From Octopus sinensis (lineage: Eukaryota), in contig NC_043001.1 of NCBI RefSeq assembly GCF_006345805.1, positions 1,488,001-1,552,000 of the forward strand: a stretch of DNA of 64,000 nt. Reading direction: 5' to 3'. A program made the position numbers and the translations under genes. The notes under the pieces were generated by a model. The model saw only the letters and a program-made list of their open reading frames with translations. It did no database searches and was not told the origin of the DNA. Shown one piece after another: positions 62,672 through 64,000 of the stretch (the first letter of the stretch is position 1; each line of letters starts with the position of its first letter).

Positions 62672-62760
62672 ACTGAAAGACTTCGCCAGGTGGTGCTATT
62701 AAGTTAGACATGGCCTGGGCCAATACTGGCCAAAAACCTTTCTAAGTTATTCTAAGTTAT
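59890..62760 (+). mobile_element. Young 5'-truncated CR1 LINE with (CTAAGTTAT)-type tandem tail, inserted in (AT)n
   Basis: Open ORF2, short 3'UTR and TTCTAAGTTATTCTAAGTT terminal repeat shared with 4040-4735. Confidence 0.95.
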
Positions 62761-63801
62761 ATATATATATATATCTACATATATATATATGTAGAGACTC
62801 CAAATAAATGAGTCATCAAAGTCTCAGCTGAAACTGCTTGTCTTACATTATTGTTGGGCAATCTGTTCTTGGCAAAACTTTGAAACCACAGTTATTCTTA
62901 TTTTATATTTCTTCCTAAGAAAATTCTACACTTTACTTTGCTATTGATTCAGTTTTACAGTCACCACTTGCTTTTTACTCCTCCTCACCCAACCCCCCAA
63001 ACACTGACAGCAAACAAAGGTCAGTTTCTGTTTCAGCCCCAAAGACAGTCACAATACCAAATTTTGTCATTTCCCCCACTTTTTTCTCTGTTCCAGTCTG
63101 TGCAGTATGCCGTGGACTGTGATAACCTAACCAACCCATATCAGCAGGAAAAAAACAAAAAAACAAAAGAAAAAACACAGCATGATCATCGGTTCTGTTA
63201 TTATAATCACTACTACTACTACTATTATTATCAGAATAACTTATATATTATGCAGGTGAATATTATGCAGATTACTCATTGGAAAAAAAACAAAAAAACA
63301 GAAGCACAGCATAGATTATTGGTGTTTTGAAATGTAAATCTTTACAGTATTGTAAACCGACCCTTCTCATCAGGAGGTCACATGGTGTAGAAAGGGTTAG
63401 ATAAGCTTCAATATGAAATCCTCATTGGAGCATGCATTACTTCACAGCTGAGTTTCCTGTCTCTTGTTGCCACTGTTGCCGCTATTACTGCTGCTCTCCA
63501 CTCAACTAAGAGCCAGCAATTGTGCTCCTGTTCACTGAGGTGGACCAACCAATGCAAGTCGAGCATTGTGTTTTCTTCAGGGTCAAGAGTTATAGCATGA
63601 TTTGCATGTGCACACATGCACGCATGTATATGTAGCCTGTGTATATATTTGTGTATCTATGTACACACACACACACACACACAACAGCTATCAGTCTGTC
63701 TATCATTCTATCTATATGCACATCACATACCTACATTCAGACCAGTGGTATTGAAATGCTGACTTTTTTCTTCCAAACGAGTTGGAAATGCTTCTATACA
63801 T

Positions 63802-63804
<3 letters not shown>

Positions 63805-63868
<64 letters not shown>

Positions 63869-63872
63869 TGTG
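63805..63872. repeat. (GT)n microsatellite
   Basis: Direct reading. Confidence 0.95.
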
Positions 63873-64000
63873 TGAATTTTAAGTTATAAAATATGGATCC
63901 AACTGAATTATCTTTACATATTTTATTAAGCTGCAAAACAATTGCTGTTATATAAGAATTGCTAATGGTTAAATAAATTTTACCCGACTATATTTCTCTT

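Overview
AT-rich, microsatellite-dense animal genomic DNA. The SINE/LINE repertoire looks like an octopus or other cephalopod (inference from repeat families, not a database result). There is no prokaryotic-type gene organisation, rRNA, true tRNA or CRISPR. Almost all recognisable coding sequence is retrotransposon-derived: a 5'-truncated but uninterrupted CR1 LINE ORF2 (~59.9-62.7 kb), a decayed 3.1-kb RTE LINE with a PHD-finger insert (24.0-27.1 kb), many R4/Dong-type restriction-like-endonuclease LINE fragments tied to (AAT)n runs, two Penelope GIY-YIG endonuclease relics, several tRNA-derived SINE families, MITEs and two Helitron/Helentron-type elements. Most long ORFs in the supplied track are microsatellite read-through. 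No host gene could be identified; a few weak exon candidates are listed. The most interesting signal is a set of minimal type-I hammerhead-ribozyme-like motifs in at least three unrelated short elements. Two of these elements (13.74-14.22 kb and 49.27-49.86 kb) share one architecture: a long palindrome with a hammerhead in each arm, a short one-sided extension, and a 10-bp target-site duplication. A tandem multimer of an RTE 3'UTR flanked by a long direct repeat (55.2-56.7 kb) is also notable. All coordinates were read by eye; boundaries of decayed repeats are approximate.
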